IMG/VR virus record: IMGVR_UViG_3300045988_098886
Source: a virus
Strand: one strand, 5' to 3'
Length of the DNA: 64,000 nucleotides
This document shows positions 38,813-47,867 of the stretch, in pieces. The notes beneath the pieces are model-generated. The model was given only the letters and a program-made list of their open reading frames with translations, was not told the origin of the DNA and did not search any database. Both the position numbers and the translations under genes were made by a program. Position 1 is the first letter of the stretch. Every line of letters begins with the position of its first letter.

Positions 38813-39182
38813 TCCATGAATAATTTACAACATTATCTTTATATCGTGCCAAAATCTTAGGTATGTCACTCTGTCCACATTTAATAGACAAAGTATTCTT
38901 ACCACCCTTTGGCACCTTGTGTAACCTTACTATGAGCTTGTCATAGACCGGGATACTCTTCTTCTTTCCTGCCCATCTGGTAAGGAACTCGGTCTTGTCA
39001 CGAGCCCGCTCACGCTTCAGAATGAACTTTTCGGAAGGAGTCTTTGTCCACACCGAAGGGTCTCTCGGAACAAGTGGTGGAACACGTATTCCCAATGCAA
39101 CCATTTCTGCATCGTTATATACATCAACTCTTAATTCTTCGTCACTTTGTTGTACTCTCTTTGGTTTTTCAATCTTTTTCAT
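38766..39182 (-). CDS. hypothetical basic protein (138 aa)
   Basis: ORF track. Confidence 0.55.
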   Translation of the reverse strand: MKKIEKPKRVQQSDEELRVDVYNDAEMVALGIRVPPLVPRDPSVWTKTPSEKFILKRERARDKTEFLTRWAGKKKSIPVYDKLIVRLHKVPKGGKNTLSIKCGQSDIPKILARYKDNVVNYSWNGKTYTGTSLPFWGR

Positions 39183-39190
39183 GATTATAA

Positions 39191-39424
39191 TTATTTATTG
39201 ATTTGAATTAATGATATTCCACCCTTGTATCCATTACTGGCTACGATATATTCATTACCTTTGTAAGTAAAGGTATGTATAGTACCATCATTTCGTACAC
39301 CGGAACTGAATGTTCCTATACGATTAATAACAATACCATTATAACTCCCATTTGCAGTTGGAGTTCCACTGCAACCTACCATGAGAACTATTCCCAAGGT
39401 AAGTCCTAACAATATTTTTTTCAA
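39191..39424 (-). CDS. lipoprotein (77 aa)
   Basis: Signal peptide with lipobox LMVGC|SGT. Confidence 0.6.
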   Translation of the reverse strand: MKKILLGLTLGIVLMVGCSGTPTANGSYNGIVINRIGTFSSGVRNDGTIHTFTYKGNEYIVASNGYKGGISLIQINK

Positions 39425-39687
39425 ATTTTCTTAAACAAAAATTTAAAGACCATACTATATTTACTAAGCTCATCCATTTCGTCTTTGGACATGTCACTTA
39501 TTGCTCTAAAAATCAATATTAAAAATGCTAAATTAATAAGTGGAATGAGTGTAGCAAGTACTCCAATGATAGCATGAATTAGTAAAACTTCGTCTCCTTC
39601 TCCCTTTGCTAGTTTATATGCCGTAATTAATAAGTCTGTTAACAACAGAACCGGCAGTACATAAAATATTAAAATTACAAATATCAT
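39421..39687 (-). CDS. membrane protein (88 aa)
   Basis: ORF track. Two to three TM segments. Confidence 0.55.
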   Translation of the reverse strand: MIFVILIFYVLPVLLLTDLLITAYKLAKGEGDEVLLIHAIIGVLATLIPLINLAFLILIFRAISDMSKDEMDELSKYSMVFKFLFKKI

Positions 39688-39738
39688 ACAGAACGAACTG
39701 TTTTGCAGATGTTACACTTATAGATTTTGTTCTCGTAA

Positions 39739-40293
39739 TCACATAAGGAGTGACTTGTCTGACCTTGACAGCGGGCACAGAAGAGACTCTTCACTGGAAC
39801 GTACACTTCTTTTCTTTCTGTCTTTTTCTTGGATTCTTTTTTCATATTCGTTAAATGCTTTAATTACCATACGTTTTACAGTAGGATTGTTCTTTCTTTT
39901 ATAAAAGTCATTCCACCTTCCTGTTTTATAAATCCAGTCAATGTCTTCGGAATTTATGTAACTTACTAAAATTACCTCACTTCTACAATCTGATTCGTGG
40001 TTGACTAATTCTCCACCTACCATTAAAGTAAAATGGTTACAATTAACCAAACTATTTCCACCAACGTAAGACTGCCTATTCTTAAGGGCTTTCCTTGCTT
40101 TTAGTCGATTGGTTTTACAAAATTTCTTTGAAAAAGTCCAATCTTCTATTGCAAGTTTATACTTTATTTTACGCTTATCAAGTTCACGAGCTATCAAATA
40201 AGCAAAATAACAGCAACCTCCAGAATTTATATTGAATTTTTCTTCACAAGTAGCTGCTACTGAATTTATAGTATTAATTAATTCTGCATACAT
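39739..40293 (-). CDS. hypothetical protein (184 aa)
   Basis: ORF track. Confidence 0.6.
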   Translation of the reverse strand: MYAELINTINSVAATCEEKFNINSGGCCYFAYLIARELDKRKIKYKLAIEDWTFSKKFCKTNRLKARKALKNRQSYVGGNSLVNCNHFTLMVGGELVNHESDCRSEVILVSYINSEDIDWIYKTGRWNDFYKRKNNPTVKRMVIKAFNEYEKRIQEKDRKKRSVRSSEESLLCPLSRSDKSLLM

Positions 40294-40556
40294 ATTTCTT
40301 TAATTTCCTTCTGAATCTGTTTATAGTCTTCCAAATACTCTTTTAAAGATATGGTTTCATCTCCACGTTTGGATTGTATTCTAAAGCTAATAATTCTTTT
40401 AATCACAGCTTCTAAAGGCAATCCATATCCAGCAACCTTGAATTCTTCTCTTGGCTCTCCACCTTTAGGCTTTACTATATGTAAGAGCTCAAGGTCGAAC
40501 ATAGGAGAAGAATCATTTACTGGAGTTAATCGAAAGTCTTTTTCTTCAATTATCAT
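40278..40556 (-). CDS. hypothetical protein (92 aa)
   Basis: ORF track. Confidence 0.5.
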   Translation of the reverse strand: MIIEEKDFRLTPVNDSSPMFDLELLHIVKPKGGEPREEFKVAGYGLPLEAVIKRIISFRIQSKRGDETISLKEYLEDYKQIQKEIKEICMQN

Positions 40557-40953
40557 GTATTATTTTATCAATTACTATACTTTGAGAGACATAGTTAGGT
40601 TCTCCACCCAATGATTCTCCCATGTAGTAAAGAGAACCTTTAGGGATATGACATCTAACTATTACCATCTTTTCTTCATCGGTACTTTCGTAACGCCCAT
40701 AGCTATCGAACGCATCTTCTAATTCAACAAAACTATGGAATCCTCCTCCGTCTATATGATAATAGTAATGTCCAGTGTAAAAAATTTCAAAGAAATTTCC
40801 CTCCACTGTGTAGGTTTTGTTTAGTTGATAAGGAAATTTCCTGACAGCCGAGTAGATGTTTTTCTCGTTACCAATAGCAACAATTTTGAAGCATTTAATG
40901 TCTTCCTCTGCTACTTTAGGCTTAAGAGATTTTTTTTCTGTCTCTGGGAACAA
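40546..40953 (-). CDS. hypothetical protein (135 aa)
   Basis: ORF track. The track start is a TTG codon. Confidence 0.55.
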   Translation of the reverse strand: MFPETEKKSLKPKVAEEDIKCFKIVAIGNEKNIYSAVRKFPYQLNKTYTVEGNFFEIFYTGHYYYHIDGGGFHSFVELEDAFDSYGRYESTDEEKMVIVRCHIPKGSLYYMGESLGGEPNYVSQSIVIDKIIHDN

Positions 40954-40965
40954 ACATACACATAA

Positions 40966-41226
40966 CTATATCTCCTCTACTTTATAAATAGAATTTTTAG
41001 TGTAAACCAAATTGTCCTCTATTTTTAATACTTCAGAAGTGTGGAAATAATCGAGTATTCCTCTATCTCCACTCATTTCCAATATCCACCCTACTTTCAC
41101 TCCGAGAAGTCTTCCTTCCATAGTATAGCCTTCTTCAATACCATTTGGATGTCCGTCTTTATATCTTACGGACTCCAATTTGGTCAATTTTACTTTCTTT
41201 CCAATTAAGTCTTCTACCTTGCTCAT
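40966..41226 (-). CDS. hypothetical protein (86 aa)
   Basis: ORF track. Confidence 0.5.
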   Translation of the reverse strand: MSKVEDLIGKKVKLTKLESVRYKDGHPNGIEEGYTMEGRLLGVKVGWILEMSGDRGILDYFHTSEVLKIEDNLVYTKNSIYKVEEI

Positions 41227-41516
41227 TTATGCTTTCTTTTGTTGGCCACTGTTACAGAAGGTTCTTTCGGACTTGGCTCTGAAGAGTGCTTGTATGTAAC
41301 ATACGAAGGAATATCGTCAGTGGGCACAAAAAACATTTCCTCACAGGAAATGTTATCGCATACTCCTGAATCATTAAATACACAATCTGCACAACCGCAA
41401 GAATCATTTTCCGTGAGACTTGCGGGAATACATATCACTTCTCTCCCATTGAACTTAAAGACTTCGAGAGGAGAATAACTAATCATCAGCTCTCTATAAT
41501 GTGAAGTTGCTTCCAT
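41223..41516 (-). CDS. hypothetical Cys-rich protein (97 aa)
   Basis: ORF track. Confidence 0.5.
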   Translation of the reverse strand: MEATSHYRELMISYSPLEVFKFNGREVICIPASLTENDSCGCADCVFNDSGVCDNISCEEMFFVPTDDIPSYVTYKHSSEPSPKEPSVTVANKRKHK

Positions 41517-41519
41517 AAT

Positions 41520-41840
41520 TTAAAACGGATAAATTAAACCTTGGTTAACAAATTGTGTCATTAACATTTCTTCAGTAAGTCTAGGTTCAAATTCTACTCT
41601 ATTATCCAGAATGTTATTAAACTCTTTTGCAAGAGCTTTAACATCAAGGATTCGACATAGATTTGGATTCTTAACAGCACCAGTAATTGCCTTTACCTCT
41701 ATTGTATTAGTGGCATGATAATATTTAATCCTAACCTTAATGACATCAGAGAGGATTTTATACTTTAGTACGGCATGTACATACTGCCCATCCTTTGTAT
41801 CGGGAAGTAGGATGAACTTCTTAATTTTCTTTTTAGTCAT
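41520..41840 (-). CDS. hypothetical protein (106 aa)
   Basis: ORF track. Confidence 0.55.
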   Translation of the reverse strand: MTKKKIKKFILLPDTKDGQYVHAVLKYKILSDVIKVRIKYYHATNTIEVKAITGAVKNPNLCRILDVKALAKEFNNILDNRVEFEPRLTEEMLMTQFVNQGLIYPF

Positions 41841-41850
41841 AAATTAAGTC

Positions 41851-41898
41851 AAAAAAAATAAGCCCTACCCACATAGCAAGTGTATATGGATAGGGCTT
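41851..41898 (-). terminator. rho-independent terminator
   Basis: RNA: AAGCCCUAUCC..loop..GGGUAGGGCUU followed by AUUUUUUUU. Confidence 0.65.
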
Positions 41899-41928
41899 TA
41901 AGAATTTAGTTTTTAGATATTATTCAGC

Positions 41929-43137
41929 TTATTTGGACTTGTTCAGTTTGTCGGCGATATCCATTACCATCTTCAAACCTACTGCATCCATAGCGTTATT
42001 TCCATTACTGCCACCCATCATGACATCTGGAACCCATTTAACCTCTGATTTAGATAATGCTTCTGCTACACCAACAGTTGTCTTATAGTCCCATTCAGCT
42101 TTCTCTTGCGGAGTCAAACCTGCTTGAACTTTAAGTTTATTAGCTTCTGCTTCTGCTCTACCTTCAGCGATAATTTTCTTAGCTTTCTCATTAGCTTCTT
42201 TAGCCTGTAATTCTGCTACTTCAAATGCTTGCTGTGCTTTAGTTACTTCTACAGCCTTAACCTTTTCCTGTTCCCATTTAGCTTGAGCTGCTGATGCCTT
42301 ACCTTCTTCTTCAATTTGGATTGTTTTCTGAACGGCTTCCAGTGCTTTAGCTTTAGCGGTTACAATAGACATATCAGCTTCTCTTTGCTTAGAAATTTGA
42401 GCTAAAGTTGCTGATTCATACTCAAGGTCGTTAATTGATAATTGAGAAACTTTCAAACCATAGAAAGCAAACGGAGATTCTTCCTGTCTCTTAACACCGT
42501 TAGGTGCAAGGCTATCAGAAATCGCTTCTGCCACTTTCTGTAATTGTTTCTCACCAGTAAGAGGATTAATAGTTTCTACTGTTTTAACGCGAGTTTTATA
42601 AACACCATAATTCAACTGGTCTGTAATAAGCGCAATTAAGTCAGTTCTCTTCTCACTTACTGATTCCAATGAAGACATAAGAGGGCCACATGATATAACT
42701 ACTTTACCAAGAGTCGGCTTAACCAAGTCTTTAATAAGTCTCTCCTGTGAACCATAGTGAGTTTGAATACGTTCAAGATATTTTTGCTCTAACGGCATTT
42801 CTACTCGAACTGAGCCCAATACAAATCCCTTACCTTTATCATTGTAAGTAATAGCCATTGCTGGGTTTTCCATACTTACATCCACGGATACGTTACCATC
42901 TTGGTCTTTCTTTACTTCATTGAACCAAATCTGACTGGTCTTGTCGTAAACAGACACGTTACCGAACTTCTGCCACTGGAAACCACCATTGGTCCAATAT
43001 TCATACGTACCGGAGATAGGAATTTGATTGATACCAATCTTACTCTTGTCCATGTCTTCCATCAACATCGGGAAACAAGCAATTAACACTACGGCAAAAA
43101 TGCCAACAATAATACCCAAAAGTTTAAATCTTTTCAT
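41929..43137 (-). CDS. SPFH/band-7 (stomatin/HflK-like) membrane protein
   Basis: N-terminal TM LLGIIVGIFAVVLIACF, a central band-7-like domain, and a long Ala/Glu/Lys coiled coil (AQAKWEQEKVKAVEV..AEGRAEAEANK). Confidence 0.5.
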   Translation of the reverse strand: MKRFKLLGIIVGIFAVVLIACFPMLMEDMDKSKIGINQIPISGTYEYWTNGGFQWQKFGNVSVYDKTSQIWFNEVKKDQDGNVSVDVSMENPAMAITYNDKGKGFVLGSVRVEMPLEQKYLERIQTHYGSQERLIKDLVKPTLGKVVISCGPLMSSLESVSEKRTDLIALITDQLNYGVYKTRVKTVETINPLTGEKQLQKVAEAISDSLAPNGVKRQEESPFAFYGLKVSQLSINDLEYESATLAQISKQREADMSIVTAKAKALEAVQKTIQIEEEGKASAAQAKWEQEKVKAVEVTKAQQAFEVAELQAKEANEKAKKIIAEGRAEAEANKLKVQAGLTPQEKAEWDYKTTVGVAEALSKSEVKWVPDVMMGGSNGNNAMDAVGLKMVMDIADKLNKSK

Positions 43138-43167
43138 TGTTTTTAAATATTTAAAAATTATACAATC

Positions 43168-43323
43168 TTATTTATAGCTCTCTGGATTTGCTATCCAGTA
43201 ATAGAATGGAATAATACACCTTACAAGTGTAATTTTCCTGTTAGTTAATTTGAACGCACCGAGCAAGTGGAACACTAACATGCCGTAATATATTGCCAAC
43301 AACAACATAATTACGAAAACCAT
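43168..43323 (-). CDS. small membrane protein (51 aa), below the track cut-off
   Basis: My translation: MVFVIMLLLAIYYGMLVFHLLGAFKLTNRKITLVRCIIPFYYWIANPESYK. Confidence 0.4.
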   Translation of the reverse strand: MVFVIMLLLAIYYGMLVFHLLGAFKLTNRKITLVRCIIPFYYWIANPESYK

Positions 43324-43337
43324 AACTTTAAATGCTA

Positions 43338-43727
43338 TCATTCTTTCTTTTTACTTAGAGTTTTAACAATCCAATTGCCAAAATCATCTTGAATCTTCGC
43401 GGCTTCTTCTGCTGAAAGATTCAATCCTCCAGTACCAATCAGATAACCCCAACCACGAACCAACATGATTTTAAACCATTTATCCTCCCTTTTAATGGAG
43501 ATATATCCATCCTCATATTTCAAGGGATGTTCGATATTCTGGCTGTCATCACCGTTAAGAATATTAACTATTTTCTTCTGCGATTCTTCCGCCACGTGCA
43601 CTATGTCTTCGTCTTCGCCTTTATATCTACGAAGGAAGTCAAATGCCATGTGTCCATTTGCATGAAACACTTTGTCCGTACCTTCATATTTCTCTAAAGG
43701 TAGTTTATACACATCTTTAAAATTCAT
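43338..43727 (-). CDS. hypothetical protein (129 aa)
   Basis: ORF track. Confidence 0.6.
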   Translation of the reverse strand: MNFKDVYKLPLEKYEGTDKVFHANGHMAFDFLRRYKGEDEDIVHVAEESQKKIVNILNGDDSQNIEHPLKYEDGYISIKREDKWFKIMLVRGWGYLIGTGGLNLSAEEAAKIQDDFGNWIVKTLSKKKE

Positions 43728-43729
43728 AT

Positions 43730-44053
43730 TTATATTTTTGGTTGAGTAATACTAAAATTATCAAATCCTTGTTCAATTGATTTCTTGAGTGCTTCCTCAT
43801 ATGTAGCAAATCCAAATGGAGAAAATACTCTATCAAAGTGAGGTTTTCCAGCTGTAGCCTTCTCATAATTATAGATAAAGGTTTCAGCTGTAAAGTATCC
43901 AGTTTCTTGACGAAGCCCAACTAAAGCTTTAATGTTATAGCTAAATAATTCCTTCTGGATTCTAATAAGTTCACCCAGAGTTGCGGACTGCTTGTTAGCT
44001 TCAAACAAATCTTTAAGTACTTCAAATCGTCTCTGCGTGCTCATAGTGTTCAA
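43730..44053 (-). CDS. hypothetical protein (107 aa)
   Basis: ORF track. Confidence 0.55.
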   Translation of the reverse strand: MNTMSTQRRFEVLKDLFEANKQSATLGELIRIQKELFSYNIKALVGLRQETGYFTAETFIYNYEKATAGKPHFDRVFSPFGFATYEEALKKSIEQGFDNFSITQPKI

Positions 44054-44330
44054 TTAGTTTATTAAATGCTTTAACCCTAGCAGTGTGTCCTTCCTCACTA
44101 TCTGGAGTCCACCAAAATGCTTTACCGTTTCTGTCCTTTGGAGCATCAAGAAATTTCCTATTAAATTCAGGAAATAGTGCTACTATATCACGTTCGTCAT
44201 ATATAGTAATACCTCTTTCAGTTCCAGCCATAGCATGTTCAATGCAAAAACACATTCCCCAGTATTCTGGGTGTTCTACAAACAACTTCTTAGCCTGCTT
44301 GAGAATCTTAAGTTTTTCTGAATTTGTCAT
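44022..44330 (-). CDS. hypothetical protein (102 aa)
   Basis: ORF track. Confidence 0.55.
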   Translation of the reverse strand: MTNSEKLKILKQAKKLFVEHPEYWGMCFCIEHAMAGTERGITIYDERDIVALFPEFNRKFLDAPKDRNGKAFWWTPDSEEGHTARVKAFNKLIEHYEHAETI

Positions 44331-44497
44331 AAATTTACAATAATTTTATCCTCCTCCTTTAAAGGTTCTGCGGGAGTATTGTATCCATGTAGTTTACCAC
44401 AACGAACACACCATACTACTCCATAAGAATTTTCTCTCGGTTTACATTTGCCTTTAGCACAAAACTTGGCAACTTTTTGATAGTTTTCCTTATCCAT
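44327..44497 (-). CDS. small Zn-ribbon-like protein (56 aa), below the track cut-off
   Basis: My translation: MDKENYQKVAKFCAKGKCKPRENSYGVVWCVRCGKLHGYNTPAEPLKEEDKIIVNL. It has an ATGA overlap with the next gene. Confidence 0.45.
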   Translation of the reverse strand: MDKENYQKVAKFCAKGKCKPRENSYGVVWCVRCGKLHGYNTPAEPLKEEDKIIVNL

Positions 44498-44512
44498 TGC
44501 AATTTAATTTAT

Positions 44513-44549
44513 ACAAAAAATCCCCGAACTTTAGTAAGTCCGAGGATTA
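44513..44549 (-). terminator. rho-independent terminator
   Basis: RNA: AAUCCUCGGAC-UUACUAAA-GUUCGGGGAUU followed by UUUUUGUAUA. Confidence 0.6.
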
Positions 44550-44647
44550 AATATTTTATACACGATTACTTAGTCTTGCCCCAACTGTTCTTGTTAGTCT
44601 CCGACTCCTCCCATAACGTATTGTAGAACTCTATACGTGTGCCCTCC

Positions 44648-44959
44648 TCATCGTGCAATTCCTATCATTTCAGCAATTTCTTCAAATGAGTGGTTTAGGA
44701 ATATTCTATCCATATCAGCATCAGTAACTACACCTTTAGGTCTTGGATAAATAAGAGTGGGAGAATGTCCTCTCTCATGTAATCCATACACTACTTCTCT
44801 TGTTCTACCGTCCTTAATAAGACGAAGGTCAATGTGTTCTGACATAGAAGAATAGAATCCTATATTGGAATCTTCTACATATGTAGAACCCTTCTTGGAC
44901 ATTACTTTACGATAAGGCTTATATCCCTTACTAATCAAATACTCTACAAATCCAATCAT
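44648..44959 (-). CDS. hypothetical protein (103 aa)
   Basis: ORF track. Confidence 0.55.
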   Translation of the reverse strand: MIGFVEYLISKGYKPYRKVMSKKGSTYVEDSNIGFYSSMSEHIDLRLIKDGRTREVVYGLHERGHSPTLIYPRPKGVVTDADMDRIFLNHSFEEIAEMIGIAR

Positions 44960-44991
44960 ATTATTACTTGTTTTGTACCTTGAACTTTAGA

Positions 44992-45138
44992 TTATTTAGA
45001 CGTTAAATGATAAGAGTTACATTCACTACAATAGTAATACCTTCTTTCGTTACGTAGAGAATTGTAATTGCCAACTCTTTTACATTGGGATAACGCAAAC
45101 ATCGTTCCCAATTTATCATATTTTCTTTTCTTGCACAT
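44992..45138 (-). CDS. small basic protein (48 aa), below the track cut-off
   Basis: My translation: MCKKRKYDKLGTMFALSQCKRVGNYNSLRNERRYYYCSECNSYHLTSK. It has a TAATG overlap with the upstream stop at 45138. Confidence 0.4.
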   Translation of the reverse strand: MCKKRKYDKLGTMFALSQCKRVGNYNSLRNERRYYYCSECNSYHLTSK

Positions 45139-45389
45139 TAAAGAATTTTTGCTTCATTTAAGGCATACTTGAGTCCATACTGACTAACATGTGGATTTGT
45201 TACAATCCAACCAATGTTCGTTTCATGTCCCATAACATCACCGTAAAAATAAGATGCATTAGTGGCTTTGTTGTAAAATTTTCTTGCAGTTTCTTCGTCA
45301 GAAGCTTCCACTATTAAATAAGGTCCATCAAATCTTGGTTCAGGGTCTTCCATAAGACCGCCACACATTGTTCCTACTAAATACTTCAT
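45138..45389 (-). CDS. hypothetical protein (83 aa)
   Basis: ORF track. Confidence 0.5.
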   Translation of the reverse strand: MKYLVGTMCGGLMEDPEPRFDGPYLIVEASDEETARKFYNKATNASYFYGDVMGHETNIGWIVTNPHVSQYGLKYALNEAKIL

Positions 45390-45414
45390 ATCTAATCTTT
45401 TAATTGTTAATAAG

Positions 45415-45487
45415 TACCCCGTGCTGGATTCAAACCAGCGACCCGCACATTAGAAGTGTGCTGCTCTATTCACTGAGCTAACGGGGC
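45415..45487 (-). tRNA. tRNA-Arg (anticodon UCU)
   Basis: Acceptor GCCCCGU/ACGGGGU, anticodon arm GCACA-CUUCUAA-UGUGC, T arm GCUGG-UUUGAAU-CCAGC. No encoded CCA. Confidence 0.9.
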
Positions 45488-46119
45488 AAGTGTAGGTATT
45501 TATCACGTTACACCTACAAGTCCGGCAATCCTGTCTTATATACCGCGTGAGCTGGCGGTCTAATGCCCAGTACAAAGACCGTAATCTCTGTGTGGGACTT
45601 TTGTCCATTTTAAAGTGCAGTGTGCTAGGATATACCTAACAAGTGCACTGTGTACTTCTAAACAGCACTCCTATGGAATTACCCAATGGTCTGTCACCTA
45701 TGCTAACAGAGGTAAGGGTCGAAATACATCTTCCTTACTTATCAGTTTTAAGGTTCAAGGGCTCTGGTTTAAGTACATTAATATAGCCCTTTGTTAAAAA
45801 AGTGTAAAGAGTGTGTTGTTACACCAAATGCTCTAGCTGGAGTTACCCGTATCTCGCTTTATCTTCTTCATTTATAGGTAGTTTCAACGAAGACCTTAAT
45901 ACGACATTATTTCATTCTTGATTCGGGGCTATCAGCAAGGCTTTCTACCATAATTACGTCCTTAATCGGACAACCTACTCGCAACTCTTTAAACGATGGC
46001 TACTTCCAAGCCTACGTCCTCTTTACTTTATATTTTGGAGAGCAGCCGTTCTCTCCATGTCCGGTTCGTGCTCTACGGAGCATACAAGGTTTCGATATTA
46101 TCGCAGAGGCCGGCTTCCC
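45488..46119 (-). ncRNA. candidate large structured non-coding RNA (about 630 nt, class unknown)
   Basis: No gene-strand ORF of 60 aa or more. Visibly GC-richer than the flanks. Many local helices, e.g. GGAGAG..CUCUCC, GGUCU..AGACC, GUAGGU..ACCUAC. It abuts tRNA-Arg. Confidence 0.4.
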
Positions 46120-46500
46120 TTACTCCGAACGGCTTTCTTTCAATTCTTCCCATGGAACGTACCAATAAGTTTCAAATTCTTCACCAGACAAGATTACATC
46201 GGAGTCTTCAAACTCAGTCCAACCCATGTCGCTTCTAAATCCTACAATACAGTCATCTTCACAACTTTCAGAATTATATCCTACTAAGACAGCTTCCTGA
46301 CCTTCAACGATAAAGGTTTCTCCAATGCATCTTTTTATTTCAGTAGGAATATGTTCTTCATACAGACTTTCAGGAACCATATACGTACTATCTGGACAAG
46401 GATGCCCATCAATTGCTTGGCAGAATATACATTCTCCCCATCTTTCATGTTCCATAAAATCTTGGATTTCAGGGAACGTAACCATTACATACTTTTCCAT
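46120..46500 (-). CDS. hypothetical acidic protein (126 aa)
   Basis: ORF track. Confidence 0.6.
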   Translation of the reverse strand: MEKYVMVTFPEIQDFMEHERWGECIFCQAIDGHPCPDSTYMVPESLYEEHIPTEIKRCIGETFIVEGQEAVLVGYNSESCEDDCIVGFRSDMGWTEFEDSDVILSGEEFETYWYVPWEELKESRSE

Positions 46501-46501
46501 A

Positions 46502-46615
46502 CTATCTTCCTTTTACTGAACCAGGTTTCTTGTTTGCTGCTTGGTAATCCTTACCTTGTCTGTCCCACCAATCTTGGCGAGCTTTAAGTCTTGCTAATTT
46601 CTTTTTATATTTCAT
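46502..46615 (-). CDS. possible small basic protein (37 aa)
   Basis: My translation: MKYKKKLARLKARQDWWDRQGKDYQAANKKPGSVKGR. It fills the gap between two genes. Confidence 0.3.
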   Translation of the reverse strand: MKYKKKLARLKARQDWWDRQGKDYQAANKKPGSVKGR

Positions 46616-46630
46616 GCTTTATAAATTTGA

Positions 46631-47032
46631 TTAATCCCACCAACTTCTCATTCTGTATGTTCTAATGAGATTATACAGATGTAGTGCTTTAGCCTGTCTC
46701 AAATCATCAAGATAGTAATCATTAATAGATTCAGGATGCCAAGATATAAATCTCTTCCAATTTTTACTGTTTATATAGGGAAGTTTCTTAGTATTGTTAT
46801 AGAGATAACCTTTTTGGTCTCTTTCCATAACAACATCGATTAACTTTATACACAGATTGATTTCAGAAACCATTTGTTCCCATCCACGTACCAGTTGAGA
46901 TTCAGCAAAATATTTGGACATTCTCTTAAGTTTGAATTGCTCTAACTCAAGCATATATGCCCAGTCCCAATCTCTATCTTCTTTAAGAAGTTTAGAGTAT
47001 TTTTTAACTGTTGTGCTTCTGTTTCTACTCAT
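46631..47032 (-). CDS. hypothetical protein (133 aa)
   Basis: ORF track. Confidence 0.6.
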   Translation of the reverse strand: MSRNRSTTVKKYSKLLKEDRDWDWAYMLELEQFKLKRMSKYFAESQLVRGWEQMVSEINLCIKLIDVVMERDQKGYLYNNTKKLPYINSKNWKRFISWHPESINDYYLDDLRQAKALHLYNLIRTYRMRSWWD

Positions 47033-47036
47033 ATAT

Positions 47037-47294
47037 TTATTCGTTCACATTGAATGTTTCCTTACACCACCCCATCCATGTTCTTTTTATATTTGTCAAT
47101 ATATTTTTTATAGAAAGAGATGGAATTTGGCGCATCAAATATATTACATACAATGTATTTACAATTGGACACAAAGTGATTACGAATGAAACAGGGTTAA
47201 TAGAAACCTCTATTTTTGCATGGTCACAAATAAATGTGTATGAAATGAGAGTAACTAAATACAATACAACTAAAAATAACAATAATGTATTCAT
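47037..47294 (-). CDS. membrane protein (85 aa)
   Basis: ORF track. Hydrophobic. Confidence 0.5.
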   Translation of the reverse strand: MNTLLLFLVVLYLVTLISYTFICDHAKIEVSINPVSFVITLCPIVNTLYVIYLMRQIPSLSIKNILTNIKRTWMGWCKETFNVNE

Positions 47295-47318
47295 AATCTA
47301 ATTAATTTTTAAAGTTAG

Positions 47319-47390
47319 TTGGGCTACTAGGATTCGAACCTAGACTACAACAGTCAAAGTGTTGTGTGCTAACCACTACACTATAGCCCA
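47319..47390 (-). tRNA. tRNA-Gln (UUG)
   Basis: Acceptor UGGGCUA/UAGCCCA, anticodon arm CAACA-CUUUGAC-UGUUG, T arm CUAGG-UUCGAAU-CCUAG. Confidence 0.9.
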
Positions 47391-47490
47391 ATAATCAGAT
47401 GGCTTTCTGCCTGTTTTACCTCTGACAGAAGAGGGGTCTACTTATCCTAACTCTAGTATCATTGTTGTTACATTGCTGTAAGCCATCTTT
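47391..47490 (-). ncRNA. ACAGCAA-family stem-closed small RNA, member 1 (Y-RNA-like architecture)
   Basis: 5' AAAGAUGGCUU-ACAGCAA .. AAGCCAUC-UGAUUAU 3'. It ends exactly at the tRNA-Gln 5' end. Confidence 0.6.
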
Positions 47491-47498
47491 ACTATTTT

Positions 47499-47867
47499 TT
47501 AAATAAAGTCTATCGCTTCTTTAAGTCCTTTTTCAAGAGCTTCTTCATAAGAATCATATCTCTCAAAGGAAGAGACACGTAGAGCTCCGTCATACCAAAT
47601 TTCATAATCCCATTTCTTTGAATATACTATGTCATAATCAACTATAACTATAACATTTTTTCTATTTCGCAACCATGTTTGGGCTTCAGATTGAAGAGGT
47701 ATTGCATATTGATTGTTTTCAAGGTTTGAATTTGAATGACCAACGAAATCAGCATCTATTGTACTATGTGTTGCACCGTGGTCTTCATAAACCCATTCAC
47801 ACCATTCATTAAATCCTTTTTCTTTTAACAGCTTGGCTGTTTCCAGAGTAACATATGATTTATCCAT
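47499..47867 (-). CDS. hypothetical protein (122 aa)
   Basis: ORF track. Confidence 0.6.
   Translation of the reverse strand: MDKSYVTLETAKLLKEKGFNEWCEWVYEDHGATHSTIDADFVGHSNSNLENNQYAIPLQSEAQTWLRNRKNVIVIVDYDIVYSKKWDYEIWYDGALRVSSFERYDSYEEALEKGLKEAIDFI

Noticed and set aside
45488-46119. The large non-coding region could be RNase P RNA or tmRNA. AAAGUCCCAC and GACAGGAUUGCCGG on the minus strand, and GGUAAGGGUCGAAA on the plus strand, resemble RNase P conserved regions.
   Set aside because: The look-alike strings are on opposite strands or only about 70 nt apart, in the wrong order. There is no tRNA-like 3' end with a T loop and ACCA as expected for tmRNA. The resemblance is probably chance.
45615-46287. 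Plus-strand ORFs 45615..45797, 45996..46238 and 46057..46287 lie in the ORF-free region.
   Set aside because: They are short and mutually overlapping, lie on the non-gene strand, and have no plausible start context. The region is better explained as structured RNA.
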